This document shows positions 49,486 to 50,870 of a DNA stretch of 50,870 nt, piece after piece; the stretch's first letter is position 1; every line of letters starts with the position of its first letter. The stretch lies in the IMG/VR virus record IMGVR_UViG_2645727821_000011, one strand, 5' to 3'. The translations under genes and the position numbers were made by a program. Under the pieces are notes generated by a model that saw only the letters and a list, made by a program, of their open reading frames with translations, made no database searches and had not been told where the DNA came from. The stretch comes from a virus. Taxonomy: Duplodnaviria; Heunggongvirae; Uroviricota; Caudoviricetes.

Positions 49486-50870
49486 ATGAATGACGTTACA
49501 GTTGTTACATCAGTTACTTACCCATCACCCGAGTCGTTGGCTCTGGTGGCTGATGTGCAATACCACGAACCATATCTGTCAGCCGCGCTAAACCGAAAAT
49601 TCAGGGGGATTGTTGACCCGGGATTTTATGCCGGTTTCTTACCTAAGCCTGGCGGTGGGATGAACCTGTTAATCACCTCAGTGGATGGTGATAAAACCGC
49701 AGGCGCGGCGTCGGTGGATATTGGTGAATTCTACCAGGTAACTATTCAGCAACGTAAGGATATTTCTCTTGCACTTAGTGCAGGCAAGAAATATGCAATT
49801 GTGCTGAAGGGAAGATACCTCCTTGGAGAAGATACCTATCAGGTGAATACCGCGTCACATATTCATGCGGCTGAATTTGTTGCCAGAACCTATACCGATT
49901 CATATCAGTTAGGAGATGGAGAGCTGCTTGTTTGTACGGTGAATATCCCTGCTGGCGTATCAGCCATTACCCAGGAGATGATTGATACATCCGAGCGTAT
50001 TAACCGCACGATCGGCATTGATATTTCAGACTCTGTAACCAGTAGCAGAAGTGATGTTGCTGCAAGTTCGCTGGCAGTTAAAAAAGCCTACGATCTGGCG
50101 AAAAGCAAGTATACGGCGCAGGATGCAAGCACAACGCAAAAGGGATTAGTTCAGCTCAGTAGCGAAACTAACAGCGACAGCGAAACAATGGCGGCTACCC
50201 CTAAAGCCGTTAAGTCTGTAAAAGATCTTGCTGATACCAAAGCGCCAATAGAAAGCCCGAGTCTGACAGGAACGCCAAGCGCGCCGACGGCAGCGCAAGG
50301 TACAAACAGCACGCAGATAGCAAATACAGCCTTTGTTAAGGCAGCTATAACTGCACTTATCAACGGTGCACCTGGCACACTGGATACACTTAAAGAAATA
50401 GCTGCTGCGATCAATAACGACCCGAATTTCAGCACAACTGTCAACAATGCTCTGGCCCTTAAAGCGCCTTTAGCAAGTCCTGCATTAACGGGAATACCTA
50501 CTGCGCCTACCGCTGCACAGGGTACGAATAACACGCAGATTGCTACGACCGCTTATGTAAGAGCTGCCATATCCGCACTGGTCGGCTCATCACCTGAAGC
50601 TCTTGATACCCTGAATGAGCTTGCAGCAGCACTGGGCAATGACCCGAACTTTGCGACAACAATGACAAATGCGCTGGCAGGGAAACAGCCACTTGATGCA
50701 ACTTTAACCGCGCTTGCTGGTCTTGCGACAGGCGCAAATAAATTGCCGTACTTTACCGGTACAGACACTGTTTCTCAGACTGACTTAACGTCAGTCGGTC
50801 GCGATATTCTGGCCAAAACAAGCGTTCTTGCTGTTATCCAATACCTTGGTTTAAGAGAACTCGGTACCAG
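49486..50870 (+). CDS. tail fibre protein, constant N-terminal part with tandem ~47-aa repeats; 3' end beyond window
   Basis: ATG after AAGGA; open frame to window end; repeats SP(S/A)LTG(T/I)P(S/T)APTAAQGTNxTQIA. Confidence 0.75.
   Translation, partial: MNDVTVVTSVTYPSPESLALVADVQYHEPYLSAALNRKFRGIVDPGFYAGFLPKPGGGMNLLITSVDGDKTAGAASVDIGEFYQVTIQQRKDISLALSAGKKYAIVLKGRYLLGEDTYQVNTASHIHAAEFVARTYTDSYQLGDGELLVCTVNIPAGVSAITQEMIDTSERINRTIGIDISDSVTSSRSDVAASSLAVKKAYDLAKSKYTAQDASTTQKGLVQLSSETNSDSETMAATPKAVKSVKDLADTKAPIESPSLTGTPSAPTAAQGTNSTQIANTAFVKAAITALINGAPGTLDTLKEIAAAINNDPNFSTTVNNALALKAPLASPALTGIPTAPTAAQGTNNTQIATTAYVRAAISALVGSSPEALDTLNELAAALGNDPNFATTMTNALAGKQPLDATLTALAGLATGANKLPYFTGTDTVSQTDLTSVGRDILAKTSVLAVIQYLGLRELGT

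Noticed and set aside
50151-50768. Three - strand ORFs inside the tail fibre gene
   Set aside because: Antisense to the fibre repeats; repetitive Ala/Val translations mirror the tandem repeats.

Overview
The window is a contiguous ~51 kb segment of a bacteriophage P1-like phage-plasmid, in reverse orientation relative to the conventional P1 map. Identification rests on the plasmid replicon and partition module recognised from memory (oriR with DnaA boxes and GATC heptamers, 5 incC iterons, repA, 9 incA iterons, parA, parB, parS), plus the DnaB-like helicase ban, the m5C+Dam-like fusion methyltransferase dmt, the RdgC homolog, three tRNAs (Ile-CAU, Thr-UGU, Asn-GUU), the immI region (icd-ant-kilA-repL) and the Sit transglycosylase/tape-measure protein. 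Left to right: a leftward late operon of mostly uncharacterised genes (1-8881) containing a frameshifted lambda-type phosphatase, a HAD phosphatase, a VRR-NUC nuclease and tandem DUF115/Maf-like paralogs; a rightward tail/baseplate operon (9028-13779); the leftward ban-tci-tRNA-dmt-hrdC block (13826-22450); a rightward operon with a spanin-like pair (22617-24730); the replicon and partition module (24770-28773); head, sheath and tube-like genes (28906-34225); a hok/mok-like type I toxin locus (34342-34555); immI (34975-38400); an AT-rich three-gene envelope cassette at the sim position (38498-40644); and the sit-baseplate-tail fibre operon running off the right edge. Most interesting to me are the AT-rich cassette, whose secreted first protein ends in a copy of a motif duplicated inside Sit, and a family of long imperfect hairpins with a conserved bulged A that flank the tRNA genes. 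Everything was read by eye from the sequence and ORF track; no searches or folding were run, so family assignments are motif-level and P1 gene names come from memory of the P1 map.
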